Assembly: GCA_039818205.1 (NCBI GenBank) | Contig: JBCBUK010000009.1 | Location: 147,581-211,580, forward strand | DNA: 64,000 bases | Source: Verrucomicrobiota bacterium | Lineage (GTDB): Bacteria; Verrucomicrobiota; Verrucomicrobiia; Opitutales; Cerasicoccaceae | Reading direction: 5' to 3' | In this document: piece by piece, positions 42,351 to 51,136 of the stretch | Layout: the number at the start of each line of letters is the position of its first letter | How positions within the stretch are numbered: the first letter of the stretch is position 1 | Program-made: the position numbers and the translations under genes | The notes under the pieces: model-generated | What the model was told of the DNA's origin: nothing | Databases searched by the model: none | Seen by the model: only the letters and a program-made list of their open reading frames with translations

Positions 42351-44036
42351 ATGTCATTTCATTCTCTTGATTTTTTCAAAATTTCCGCGGTCGCTCTTGC
42401 ACCATTAGCGATCGTTCCTGAAGTCTTTGGCACCCAGGCTTACTACGATTTGACGGTCTACAACGACTTTGCCAATGGCGAATATTATGGTGCCACCCCG
42501 TCAAGCTCTGACATCTGGTTGTTGAGCAATTTCGAATTCGATTACAACACTTCATCTGGATTCGTTAAGGGCAATTCGAGCGCCGGTACCTATGGTACGG
42601 CGGTTCGGCTGAGCGATATTGACGGCGGAAAAATGCGCATCTACTCCACTGATGGTGGCACACGCATCTATTCGGTACTTAGCCAAGGCAGTACCGCTCC
42701 GACCTTCTCCGATTTGGACTCGAAGCCAAATAACTATTTTGAGTGGAGCTTCTCCAGTAGTAATCCGGGTACCCTCGATATGAGTTGGATTGACAGCTTC
42801 GACTATCTGTCGCGCTTGAAGGTATCAGCGAAGGGAACGTCTAGTCCGGCACCAACAATCGTTACCTTTGGTGCGGGCTCTTCGAAAACAACGCAACAAG
42901 TTGGCAGCGCGTTGAATACGTATGTGAATCAAACGGGAGGAAATTACTCTTGGTTGGGAACCAGTGGCTATTCTACATCGATAAGCTATACCGGGGCTAC
43001 CAACGCTGTTCGATGGATTACCAATAATTCCGGTACGGCTGGGTCCATCAATGCTCAGAACAACAAGAGCTACACGCGGGGATTGGATAATATCATCACC
43101 GAAGCGAGTAACAGCACGCATGTTTGGAAGGCCGGAACTCCCGCCACGGGTCCGAACTGGACCGACAAGGGATTCCGTATATCAGGTTTGCAAGGAGTCA
43201 GTCCGCCGGATGGTTCAACGCTGTCCGATACAGCAACGATGTGGTCAGCCTACGTCAACTTCACCAAGGATCAGGGGACGGGCAAATACACGATGGTGGT
43301 CACCGAATTCACGATCTATGGCGGAACGGGAACCAATGCATCGTATAAGCAGTTATGGACTGCTGGTGCTACGACCTACTCGGTGACCCAAGATGATGGT
43401 GCCCTTGACGCGATTTGGACTTCAAGTGTCAACAACTTGTCGAGCACACCGGCTTGGATTACGAACCTTGGCGCGAACAACAACAACTTATTCTACGCGC
43501 TCTATAATGCCATCGCCTCGGGCGTCATCTACAATGATGACTTTGTGAGCGACACTACCTTACCGAGCTGGACGGGTTACGTTCCCTACGTAGCAGGTCA
43601 GCAAATCTATAATTTCGAAATCCTGTTTCAGGGTGGTCAGGTTGACCAAAGTACCTATCCAGGTGGATTGACGGGCAATCTGACCGGGACGGATTTGGTC
43701 GCATTGATGAAAGCGCGGGACTCCGCGGATGACCTTATCAATCCTTACTTTCTGGAGCTTCTCAGCGTAATGCACCAAACGCCGGCCTATTTGTTTCCTT
43801 CCCAGGATTTCTGGGGATCTGAGTCTCTCGGCAGCGATTCTTATATTGGCCTTCAGCCAGGTCCGCTCAACGGTGATGATGTGTTTGGAGATGCGACGTT
43901 TGATTGGTATCTCGGGAGCAAAGGAAGCGACCTGGTCATCCCAGAACCGCGCACTGCAGTTGCTTTTGGAGCCGGAGCACTTGCCCTCGCGGTTTACATG
44001 CGACGACGAAGAAAAGGGCAGAAATCCGAATCTTAG
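42351..44036 (+). CDS. Large PEP-CTERM protein with GH64/thaumatin-like motifs
   Basis: IPEPR-TM-RRRRK C-terminus; RIYS, YFEWSF..DMSWIDSF, NPY...AYLFPSQD. PEP-CTERM is secure; GH64-like is tentative. Confidence 0.7.
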   Translation: MSFHSLDFFKISAVALAPLAIVPEVFGTQAYYDLTVYNDFANGEYYGATPSSSDIWLLSNFEFDYNTSSGFVKGNSSAGTYGTAVRLSDIDGGKMRIYSTDGGTRIYSVLSQGSTAPTFSDLDSKPNNYFEWSFSSSNPGTLDMSWIDSFDYLSRLKVSAKGTSSPAPTIVTFGAGSSKTTQQVGSALNTYVNQTGGNYSWLGTSGYSTSISYTGATNAVRWITNNSGTAGSINAQNNKSYTRGLDNIITEASNSTHVWKAGTPATGPNWTDKGFRISGLQGVSPPDGSTLSDTATMWSAYVNFTKDQGTGKYTMVVTEFTIYGGTGTNASYKQLWTAGATTYSVTQDDGALDAIWTSSVNNLSSTPAWITNLGANNNNLFYALYNAIASGVIYNDDFVSDTTLPSWTGYVPYVAGQQIYNFEILFQGGQVDQSTYPGGLTGNLTGTDLVALMKARDSADDLINPYFLELLSVMHQTPAYLFPSQDFWGSESLGSDSYIGLQPGPLNGDDVFGDATFDWYLGSKGSDLVIPEPRTAVAFGAGALALAVYMRRRRKGQKSES

Positions 44037-44974
44037 ACGATCTCGTTTTCCCGCCATATCGTGGTGGAGTCATCGCCGTCGCTGAGCACTAACGCACGTT
44101 CTGCGGTAATCACTCCGACGGATTCGCAGCTCAGGCCGCGCGCATTGAACCGCTCGATGATCGGATGACGGTTCTCTGGCAGGCAGGTGATCAAATATCC
44201 GAAACTCGGAAAAGCGGTGCTCCAATGGGTTAGCGGGCATCTGTCGGGTCGAGGAATCGAATCGATGTCTACCTGGGCTCCGACATTGGAACATTCAAGC
44301 AGCATCATGAGCGTGCCAAAGATACCGCCGTTGCTGATGTCTTTAGCCGCATTGGAGAGCCTCGCTTCTGCGATCTGCGGAAGTAGTTCAATGTCTCCGC
44401 GTAGTTGCTCCTCGTCAGCCGTTGTGCTCGCATTCCAAAACGGATTGTCGCCATACCAGGCACCACGCAGATCGACTGCCATGAGTAACTCGTCACCGGG
44501 TCGAGCATCAAAGCTCGTCAGCAGGCGTTTGGCTTTTCCTAGGATCGATGCTCCCAAGAGTGTGGTCGGCGCACAATTTGAAGTATGGCCGCCGACGATG
44601 GGCACCTGGTAACGCTGGGATGCGGCCTTCATGCCGGTCCACAAGGTTTCCGCCAGGGATTCATCGGATTTCCAGATCATATCGACAATGGCCAACGGAC
44701 GTCCACCCATCGCAGCAATATCGCTTACGTTGGCCATGACAGCGCAATAGCCTGCAAACCAAGGTTCCTTCGAGATGAAGTTGGGTAGCATGGCTTCGCC
44801 TGCCATGAGTAACCACTCCTCTCCATCAGGAATGGCGGCGGTGTCGTCGCCCAGTTTGATGCTACCAGATGTTTGCGCGGCATCGTGGTAGCTTTGCCGA
44901 ATCACGGCCTTTTCGACGACCGCGGGGTGGGTGCGCAGATAATCGCACAACTCTGCCAGTTGTTCCGATGGCAT
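44033..44974 (-). CDS. Sll0787-family AIR-synthase-like protein (Nit1C NitF)
   Basis: LGDDTAAI, PWFAGYC.VMANVSDIAAMGG, VGGHT, AKDISNGG, FPSFGY. Confidence 0.9.
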   Translation of the reverse strand: MPSEQLAELCDYLRTHPAVVEKAVIRQSYHDAAQTSGSIKLGDDTAAIPDGEEWLLMAGEAMLPNFISKEPWFAGYCAVMANVSDIAAMGGRPLAIVDMIWKSDESLAETLWTGMKAASQRYQVPIVGGHTSNCAPTTLLGASILGKAKRLLTSFDARPGDELLMAVDLRGAWYGDNPFWNASTTADEEQLRGDIELLPQIAEARLSNAAKDISNGGIFGTLMMLLECSNVGAQVDIDSIPRPDRCPLTHWSTAFPSFGYLITCLPENRHPIIERFNARGLSCESVGVITAERALVLSDGDDSTTIWRENEIV

Positions 44975-44988
44975 TGTTGGCAGGGGTA

Positions 44989-45555
44989 TTAGACTGCAAT
45001 CAGGGCTGGTTGATAGTAGTCCAGGTCAGCCTCCATTTCGCTATGCCGTATGCCCTTAAACTCACTATAACCGGTCGTTTGCCAATGGAGACGCTGGAAG
45101 AATTTCTCGTTCTGGTGCTGGACCGTTGCCAAGAAACGGTGGCAGCCGATGCGATTGGCACTCGAGACGGCTTTATAGATCAGGCCGGCACCTAGTTGCC
45201 CCAGGCCCCGGTAGCTCGGTTGTTTATTGCGGACCTGAACGCCTGGGCTAAGCAAGCGCACTCGCCGATAGTCGCGGTGGACCGCGAGACGGCTGCCTTT
45301 CCAAACACCGGGTTCGATCTCATGAATTCGGACGCAACCAACGATTTGGTCTTCCATTCCGGCAATGAGTGTTTTGCAAACAATGGGAATCATGGTGTCG
45401 TCAATAGCGTCACGGTCAGAACCGTCGAAGATTCCTTGTTCCTCGCAGAAAACCGAGCGCCGCAACTCCCAAAAACCATTGAGGTCGAATGGCGACTCAG
45501 CGACTTTGAAAACGTAGTCGTGGGGGGTGAAATTGGAGAATGATTCGATGAGCAT
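44989..45555 (-). CDS. MSMEG_0567/Sll0786-family GNAT acetyltransferase (NitE)
   Basis: LRRSVFCEEQGIFDGSDRD, VRIHE..PG.W.GSRLAV, FLATVQ.QN. Confidence 0.88.
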   Translation of the reverse strand: MLIESFSNFTPHDYVFKVAESPFDLNGFWELRRSVFCEEQGIFDGSDRDAIDDTMIPIVCKTLIAGMEDQIVGCVRIHEIEPGVWKGSRLAVHRDYRRVRLLSPGVQVRNKQPSYRGLGQLGAGLIYKAVSSANRIGCHRFLATVQHQNEKFFQRLHWQTTGYSEFKGIRHSEMEADLDYYQPALIAV

Positions 45556-45606
45556 GGTTGGGAAAAGCAATTAGTTGGCCAATATATTGATGGTCGATTT
45601 CGGCAT

Positions 45607-46848
45607 TCAACTGACGCGCTCTGATAGTTCAGCGTGAATGCGTTCTGCGAGAAACTCGGCATCGCGAGCAATGCCGGCAAAACGTCCGGAACCCCAGGTG
45701 TGCAGCCATGGGAGACCCAGGAAAAACAGACCGCGTTGGCTGGTGACACCGCGCTGGTGGTTGGGATAACCCTTCGGTCCGAATACCGGCGCATCCACAA
45801 ACCCAAAGTCGGCATCGAATCCGATAGCCCAAACGATAGCGGCGATTTCGTGCTCGGAGAAATCGAGCCGCGTTGCCTCTTGCTCAGGCTTCCAGACCGG
45901 TGAGTAGGGCGGGGCTTCCGGAGCGTCCAGCCCTTGCTGAGTAATATATTCGTCGATTCGTTTGCAAAGCCGCACGTAGGTCGCGTCGGCTAGATCCAGC
46001 TTCTCCTCAACGTCGGTTCGAACCTGAAATCCGTTTTGGTCAACCGCCTCCAAGTAGCCATATAAGCGCATACCGTCACGAGCGTGCTCGCGCAGGTCGA
46101 TCTCTTTGCCCCCGTCGCGCCCGCTGAGGTAGTGGTTTGTCTCGTGTCGGATCTCGTCAGGATCATCATAGGAATCGATGGGCACATCGTAGTGGCCCAT
46201 TTCTTCGAACCAGTCGACGACATCCCGGCCGCGATAGTGCCGGGGCGATCTTGGCGCACCACCCAAACACAGGTGAACCTCACGCCCGGCAAGTTTTAAG
46301 TCTTCAGCAATTTGGCAGCCTGATTGAGCAGACCCCACGACGACGACAGGCCCTTCTGGCAGCTGGTCGGAATTGCGATATTGTTGCGAGTGGACCTGAA
46401 AAATGGATTCGGGGATCTGCGAAGCACCCGCCGGAATCTTTGCCTTGTGGTAGGCACCGGTTGCGATCACGACTTGATCAGCATGCCAAGTGCCCTCACT
46501 GGTCTCGATCACAAAGTAGTCCGATTGCGGAGTGACGGATTTGACTCCCAGACCCTCCCGAATGGGCGGGTTGAAATGAGCGGCATAGCGTTCCATGAAT
46601 GCAACAATCTCGTCGCGGAGCATGAAGCCATGCGGATCGTTACCGTCGTAGTCGTAGCCAGGGAGGCGGCATTGGAAATTGGGTGTGACGAGGCAAAAAC
46701 TGTCCCAGCGCTCTTCGCGCCAAGCGTGTCCAATGCGATTTTTCTCAAAAACCAAATGATTGGTGATGCCTTTTTTCATTAGGCAATGGCTGATTGATAG
46801 CCCAGCCTGGCCGCCACCAATGATGGCTACATCGAGTTGGGGATGCAT
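45607..46848 (-). CDS. MSMEG_0569-family flavin-dependent oxidoreductase (NitH)
   Basis: IGGGQAGLS, RWDSFCLVTPN, VGSAQSGCQIAEDL, GLPWLHTWGSGRF. Confidence 0.92.
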   Translation of the reverse strand: MHPQLDVAIIGGGQAGLSISHCLMKKGITNHLVFEKNRIGHAWREERWDSFCLVTPNFQCRLPGYDYDGNDPHGFMLRDEIVAFMERYAAHFNPPIREGLGVKSVTPQSDYFVIETSEGTWHADQVVIATGAYHKAKIPAGASQIPESIFQVHSQQYRNSDQLPEGPVVVVGSAQSGCQIAEDLKLAGREVHLCLGGAPRSPRHYRGRDVVDWFEEMGHYDVPIDSYDDPDEIRHETNHYLSGRDGGKEIDLREHARDGMRLYGYLEAVDQNGFQVRTDVEEKLDLADATYVRLCKRIDEYITQQGLDAPEAPPYSPVWKPEQEATRLDFSEHEIAAIVWAIGFDADFGFVDAPVFGPKGYPNHQRGVTSQRGLFFLGLPWLHTWGSGRFAGIARDAEFLAERIHAELSERVS

Positions 46849-46853
46849 AGTTG

Positions 46854-47129
46854 TTATTCCACACTAATGATTTTGATCGAGCCAGTTTCCATGTCGTCGA
46901 TCCATTGATTGATTTTGGCGAGTTGCGAATTCGCCGATGTGCATGCGAAGCCAAATTTGGCCGCAACGCGATTGGATGCCTCGAGCAATGACTCGTTGGC
47001 GCGTTGTTTAAAGTCTGCTATCTCCAGCGTGTCGCCGGGAACGAAGTACTTTTTGACGATTGAGGATGGCGAGTAACATGTCTCCGTTCGGCCATCCGGG
47101 AATTCGATAGTAAAATAGGTTTCTGGCAT
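46854..47129 (-). CDS. MSMEG_0570-family protein (NitG)
   Basis: MPE..F.I..PDG....CYSPS...AS.RV.AKFGFAC. Confidence 0.9.
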   Translation of the reverse strand: MPETYFTIEFPDGRTETCYSPSSIVKKYFVPGDTLEIADFKQRANESLLEASNRVAAKFGFACTSANSQLAKINQWIDDMETGSIKIISVE

Positions 47130-47134
47130 AAGGG

Positions 47135-48289
47135 TTAACCGCAAGCGGCTTTGGGTGTCGCTGTTGCATCTTCAAAGAGCGACAGGGTTGAGCAAGCAGC
47201 GCACTTCGCGCAGCCTGCTTTCAATTCGGACGATACCATGCCAGCTTCGCTAAGCATGTCGCCCAACGGCTCGAGGATGGATCGCATAAACTGCGGGGAG
47301 GGAGCTGAGCAGTTTTCATACTGCGTTCCCCCAACGGGTACGAAGGGCACAACAAACGGATACACACCAATCTCGATTAGTTGACGGCAACCGTCGAGTA
47401 GACCCTCTTGAGTGTCACCCAAGCCAGCGAGCAAATAGGTGCTTACTTCGCCACGCCCGAATACGGAAACGGCGGCGCGAAACGCTTCCAGATAGCGAGA
47501 GACGGGCACTTCGGCTTTGCCTGGCATAATTCGCTCGCGCACTTTTTGATCCCAGGCTTCAAGGTGCATGCCGAGTGAATCAACCCCAGCATCCCGCATC
47601 CAACCGAACCAGCGAAAGTCTTCGGGCGGCTCGCATTGGGCCTGGATCGGTAGATTGGTGGCCTCTTTTATTGCTCGGGCGCATTCAGTCAAAATTGCGG
47701 CACCGCGATCGCTGGTAATGGGTGTACCCGTAGTCATGACGACGTTCTTCACGCCATCGAGTTCCTTGGCAGCTAACGCTACTTCAGCGAGTTGCTCGGG
47801 TGACTTACGGGCGATGGTCTTCTTGTGCTTGAGCGACTCGCCGATTGCGCAGAACTGACACTTTGTCTTTTTGTTTCCGTAGCGAATACAGGTTTGAAGA
47901 ACGGTCGTCGCTAGGACGTCATTTGAGTGAAGACGACCGAGCTTCCAATAGGGAATTCCATCTTGGGTCGAGCGTTCATAGAATTTCGGCTGCGGCGGAA
48001 ATGTAACCCAACCGACTTGCTCTTCTTCGTGGTAGAGCGCGACGTTGTCGGTGCGGGAGTCTTTGCGAGCAACGAATGGCGAATGAATGGCTGAAGCGCT
48101 GAGCACAGGAACCATAATCGTCGTGCCAAGGAATGTGATCGCACGATGGTCCGTTGGGCCGGCACCTCCTTGCCGTGTCATCCGATCGGCACCTGGCGTT
48201 TCCAAGCGCATCCCGTAGGATTGCAGATCAGATAACAGTCGCTGCTTTTTGTTGGAGATCGCTGAGTGTATGAGCTGATTCGTTTCCAT
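47135..48289 (-). CDS. MSMEG_0568-family radical SAM protein (NitD)
   Basis: [18 protein letters not shown] (CX9CX2C), C-terminal CAKCAAC; start at ATG 48289 overlaps the nitrilase 3' end. Confidence 0.92.
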   Translation of the reverse strand: METNQLIHSAISNKKQRLLSDLQSYGMRLETPGADRMTRQGGAGPTDHRAITFLGTTIMVPVLSASAIHSPFVARKDSRTDNVALYHEEEQVGWVTFPPQPKFYERSTQDGIPYWKLGRLHSNDVLATTVLQTCIRYGNKKTKCQFCAIGESLKHKKTIARKSPEQLAEVALAAKELDGVKNVVMTTGTPITSDRGAAILTECARAIKEATNLPIQAQCEPPEDFRWFGWMRDAGVDSLGMHLEAWDQKVRERIMPGKAEVPVSRYLEAFRAAVSVFGRGEVSTYLLAGLGDTQEGLLDGCRQLIEIGVYPFVVPFVPVGGTQYENCSAPSPQFMRSILEPLGDMLSEAGMVSSELKAGCAKCAACSTLSLFEDATATPKAACG

Positions 48290-49265
48290 CGCTGGTGTGA
48301 GGTTCGGGGTTGGTGGCCGTGTCGAAGGGTGGTGGCGTTGCTTGATCAATGGCGTTCAGATATCCGCGGGCCCGACGGTCGACGTTTACGGAGAAAAGAT
48401 CCGGCCGAGCGTAGTGACCAACGCTGTCGAGCATGCGTTTGCGCTTTGTAATGAGCTCGAAATCGAGCTCCGCTATTGCGAGCCCTTCACCTTCGGTAAT
48501 GACCTCGGAAATGATTTTTCCCTCGGGTGAAATGATGGCAGTAAAACACCCGCCGGTGAGCGCCTGACGCATCTTGGGATCGGGTGCGATGAGCTCGCGC
48601 TGTTCATCGGTCAGCCAACCGGTGGAGTTCACCACAAAGCATCCCGACTCAAGTGCGTGGTGCCGAATGGTCACTTCGATTTGGTCGGCAAAAATCTGCC
48701 CAACCATGGATCCCGGAAACTGTGAGCAATGAATCTGCTCACCACCGGTCATCAAAGTATAACGGGCCAGCGGATTGTAGTGTTCCCAGCAGGCCAGGGC
48801 ACCAACTCGACCAACGGCTGAGTCGACAACGCGGAGGCCCGAGCCATCGCCTTGACCCCAGATCATCCGCTCATGGTAGGAGGGAGTGATTTTTCGACGA
48901 TGCAGGAGCAGTTGGCCATCAGCATCGTAGACCAGTTGAGCGTTGTAAATGGTGCCGCCAGCGCGCTCGTTTACACCAATGACCAACACCATCTTGAACC
49001 GCGCTGCCATCTCAGAGAATCGTGCGGTGATCGGCCCTGGGACGACTACCGACTCATTGTAGAGAGCCAGGTGACTTTTGCCAATAGCTACCGGTGCATC
49101 CACGAAGGAAAAGTACGGGTAGTAGGGCACAAACGTTTCCGGGAAAACGGCGAGCTGGACCCCTTGGTTCGCAGCTTGAACCAGGGCCCGCTCCATGTTG
49201 TCAACCGTCCCTTGAGCACTCTCAAGGGATGGTGTGATTTGAACTGCTGCTGCGACAACTTTCAT
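48228..49265 (-). CDS. Nit6803-family nitrilase (NitC)
   Basis: E-K-C triad: [41 protein letters not shown]. Confidence 0.95.
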   Translation of the reverse strand: MKVVAAAVQITPSLESAQGTVDNMERALVQAANQGVQLAVFPETFVPYYPYFSFVDAPVAIGKSHLALYNESVVVPGPITARFSEMAARFKMVLVIGVNERAGGTIYNAQLVYDADGQLLLHRRKITPSYHERMIWGQGDGSGLRVVDSAVGRVGALACWEHYNPLARYTLMTGGEQIHCSQFPGSMVGQIFADQIEVTIRHHALESGCFVVNSTGWLTDEQRELIAPDPKMRQALTGGCFTAIISPEGKIISEVITEGEGLAIAELDFELITKRKRMLDSVGHYARPDLFSVNVDRRARGYLNAIDQATPPPFDTATNPEPHTSDGNESAHTLSDLQQKAATVI

Positions 49266-49269
49266 TGGA

Positions 49270-49752
49270 TTACAGCGTCCAAGTATCGATGATGACGGCG
49301 TTTTCCTTTTTGTGCATCAACACGATGTCCAGAACGTCCAATGGGTTGATCGGAACGATGCCCTCAATAAACGCCTTTTCCGTCTGGCCATAGAGTGCTT
49401 GGGTTGCGAAGCGGCAGGCGTAGACTTTGCCACCTTCTTCCATGAATTTCTTCAGGCGTTGGTTCACGAACAAGTGACCTGGAAATGCCTCATCGCCGAG
49501 GGTTGGGAATCCGCGTTGGAAGCCCAGAGTAACACCGGGTCCGTAAAGTAGGACGGAAGTTTCGTAACCTTTGCGAAGCAGTCGAGTGGCGCTCAGGGTG
49601 TTAACAATTCCGATGGAGCCTTCGAAGGCAACCGTGTGGAAGGTGACCAGCGCCTTCTCGCCTTCTTCGGCTTTGACGTCAGGGAAAACCTTTTCCTCGT
49701 AGTCGACAAAGAAGTCACCGTCTTTATGGAGCTCTGTTTCAATTTTTGGCAT
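49270..49752 (-). CDS. MSMEG_0572/Sll0783-family DsrE-like protein (NitB)
   Basis: [40 protein letters not shown]. Confidence 0.92.
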   Translation of the reverse strand: MPKIETELHKDGDFFVDYEEKVFPDVKAEEGEKALVTFHTVAFEGSIGIVNTLSATRLLRKGYETSVLLYGPGVTLGFQRGFPTLGDEAFPGHLFVNQRLKKFMEEGGKVYACRFATQALYGQTEKAFIEGIVPINPLDVLDIVLMHKKENAVIIDTWTL

Positions 49753-49804
49753 AGTCTTTTTGATTGTTGTTCTGAGGTTGAGTGTGGCCGCAGTGCGCGA
49801 CTCG

Positions 49805-49960
49805 ATGCCAAATTTTGCAGCTTTTGAGCCATTTTTGAGAAATTGTGTTCATGATTTGTGCATATCGTTGCATGTGGCATGCAAATTGTTGCATCAGCCG
49901 GAAAGCATGCCAATTGGTCGATTTTTGCGGGCCAATTTTGACCATCGCCCATGCCAATTT
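49805..49960. promoter_or_regulatory. Repeat-rich divergent promoter region between nitB and the LacI gene
   Basis: TGCA at 49859, 49869, 49880 and 49890; ATGCMAATT-like motif near 49805, 49879, 49907, 49931 and 49951. Confidence 0.45.
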
Positions 49961-49978
49961 ACTGCACCAAGGAGAAAA

Positions 49979-51016
49979 ATGGACAGACAACCCAATATGC
50001 GCGACGTCGCCGAGATGCTGGGAGTTTCGGTTTCCACGGTCTCGCGCGCACTTAAGCGCGATCCGCGCATAACAGTGGAGACCCGGGATCGGGTGCTAGA
50101 GGCGGCGAAACAATGCGGCTATCGGCCGAATCCGATGGTCAGCAGCCTCATGGCGACGCGTAAGGGGCGTCAGCGCGGGGAAATTGGCACGCTGGCGCTC
50201 ATCACGGATTACCGGGGAGTATCGAGTTGGAAGGACAAGGACGTGTGTCGTTGGACCTATTCTGGCATGGTTGAGCGGGCAAATCAGCTCGGGTATCATA
50301 TCACCGAGTTCGACTTGGCTGATTACGACTACGACTCCGCTCGACTCGAGGAGACCCTGTTGAATCGCGGTATCCGTGGAGTGTTGCTGGGTTTTTCCCG
50401 CGCCAGCGGCGAAGCCCTCCGCCTTACCGAAGGGCAATTTTCAGTGGTTGGGGTCAGTAACTACTTTGACCACCTACCAGCTGACCGGGTGACTTTTTAC
50501 GGCTATTACAACGTGCGCTTGGCCCTGCAGAAGCTCTCATTGTTGGGATTTCGGAAGTGCGGTCTGGTGGTGCCGGCGCTCAACAATCACCTGGCCAACA
50601 ATTCCTGGACGGCCGCATATCTGGATTGGCAGCAATCGCTCGAGCCCGCGAAGCGCATCGAGCCCTATTTGCCCTTGGCGGGGCAGGAGGGCGATCTGGA
50701 GCCTTTCAAGCAATGGTATGAGCGGAGTCAGCCTGAGGTTGTCGTGGTATACAAGGCACCGGTGAAACGATTGCTCGAGCAGATGTCCCTAACCGTTCCC
50801 GACGACGTCGGCCTCGTCTACCTCTACCGCGAGCGGAGCGAGATGGATAATACGGCTGGTATCGACGGACGGATGGACCTCGTGGGCGGCGCCGCGGTCG
50901 ATCTCATCGTCGAGAAGCTCCAACGGAACCTGATCGAGTCGACCGAGAACGTGAAAGAGATCTTCATTCGTGGTTCCTGGGTCGATGGGCCCAGCCTTAA
51001 AACGCCAGCAGGGTAG
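49979..51016 (+). CDS. LacI family transcriptional regulator
   Basis: MRDVAEMLGVSVSTVSRAL...GYRPNP; start reassigned to ATG 49979 after GGAG. Confidence 0.92.
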   Translation: MDRQPNMRDVAEMLGVSVSTVSRALKRDPRITVETRDRVLEAAKQCGYRPNPMVSSLMATRKGRQRGEIGTLALITDYRGVSSWKDKDVCRWTYSGMVERANQLGYHITEFDLADYDYDSARLEETLLNRGIRGVLLGFSRASGEALRLTEGQFSVVGVSNYFDHLPADRVTFYGYYNVRLALQKLSLLGFRKCGLVVPALNNHLANNSWTAAYLDWQQSLEPAKRIEPYLPLAGQEGDLEPFKQWYERSQPEVVVVYKAPVKRLLEQMSLTVPDDVGLVYLYRERSEMDNTAGIDGRMDLVGGAAVDLIVEKLQRNLIESTENVKEIFIRGSWVDGPSLKTPAG

Positions 51017-51136
51017 TGCGGGGCGAAAACAGTGTCCCGAGTTGTTCTCGATTTTGTCATCGGTTGGGCTTGATCCGTATCAATAATCGATACATGTTTT
51101 CACTTTGAAATCCGATTACTGAAGGTTTCGATCAGC

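Noticed and set aside
47135..48289. Non-canonical CX9CX2C radical SAM motif as a novelty
   Set aside because: As far as I recall this spacing is typical of the MSMEG_0568/NitD family.
49753..49978. Sigma54 promoter for Nit1C, and the 73-aa N-terminal extension of the LacI ORF
   Set aside because: The TGGCA boxes lack a correctly spaced -12 GC. The extension covers the divergent promoter, while an RBS-supported ATG at 49979 directly precedes the HTH.
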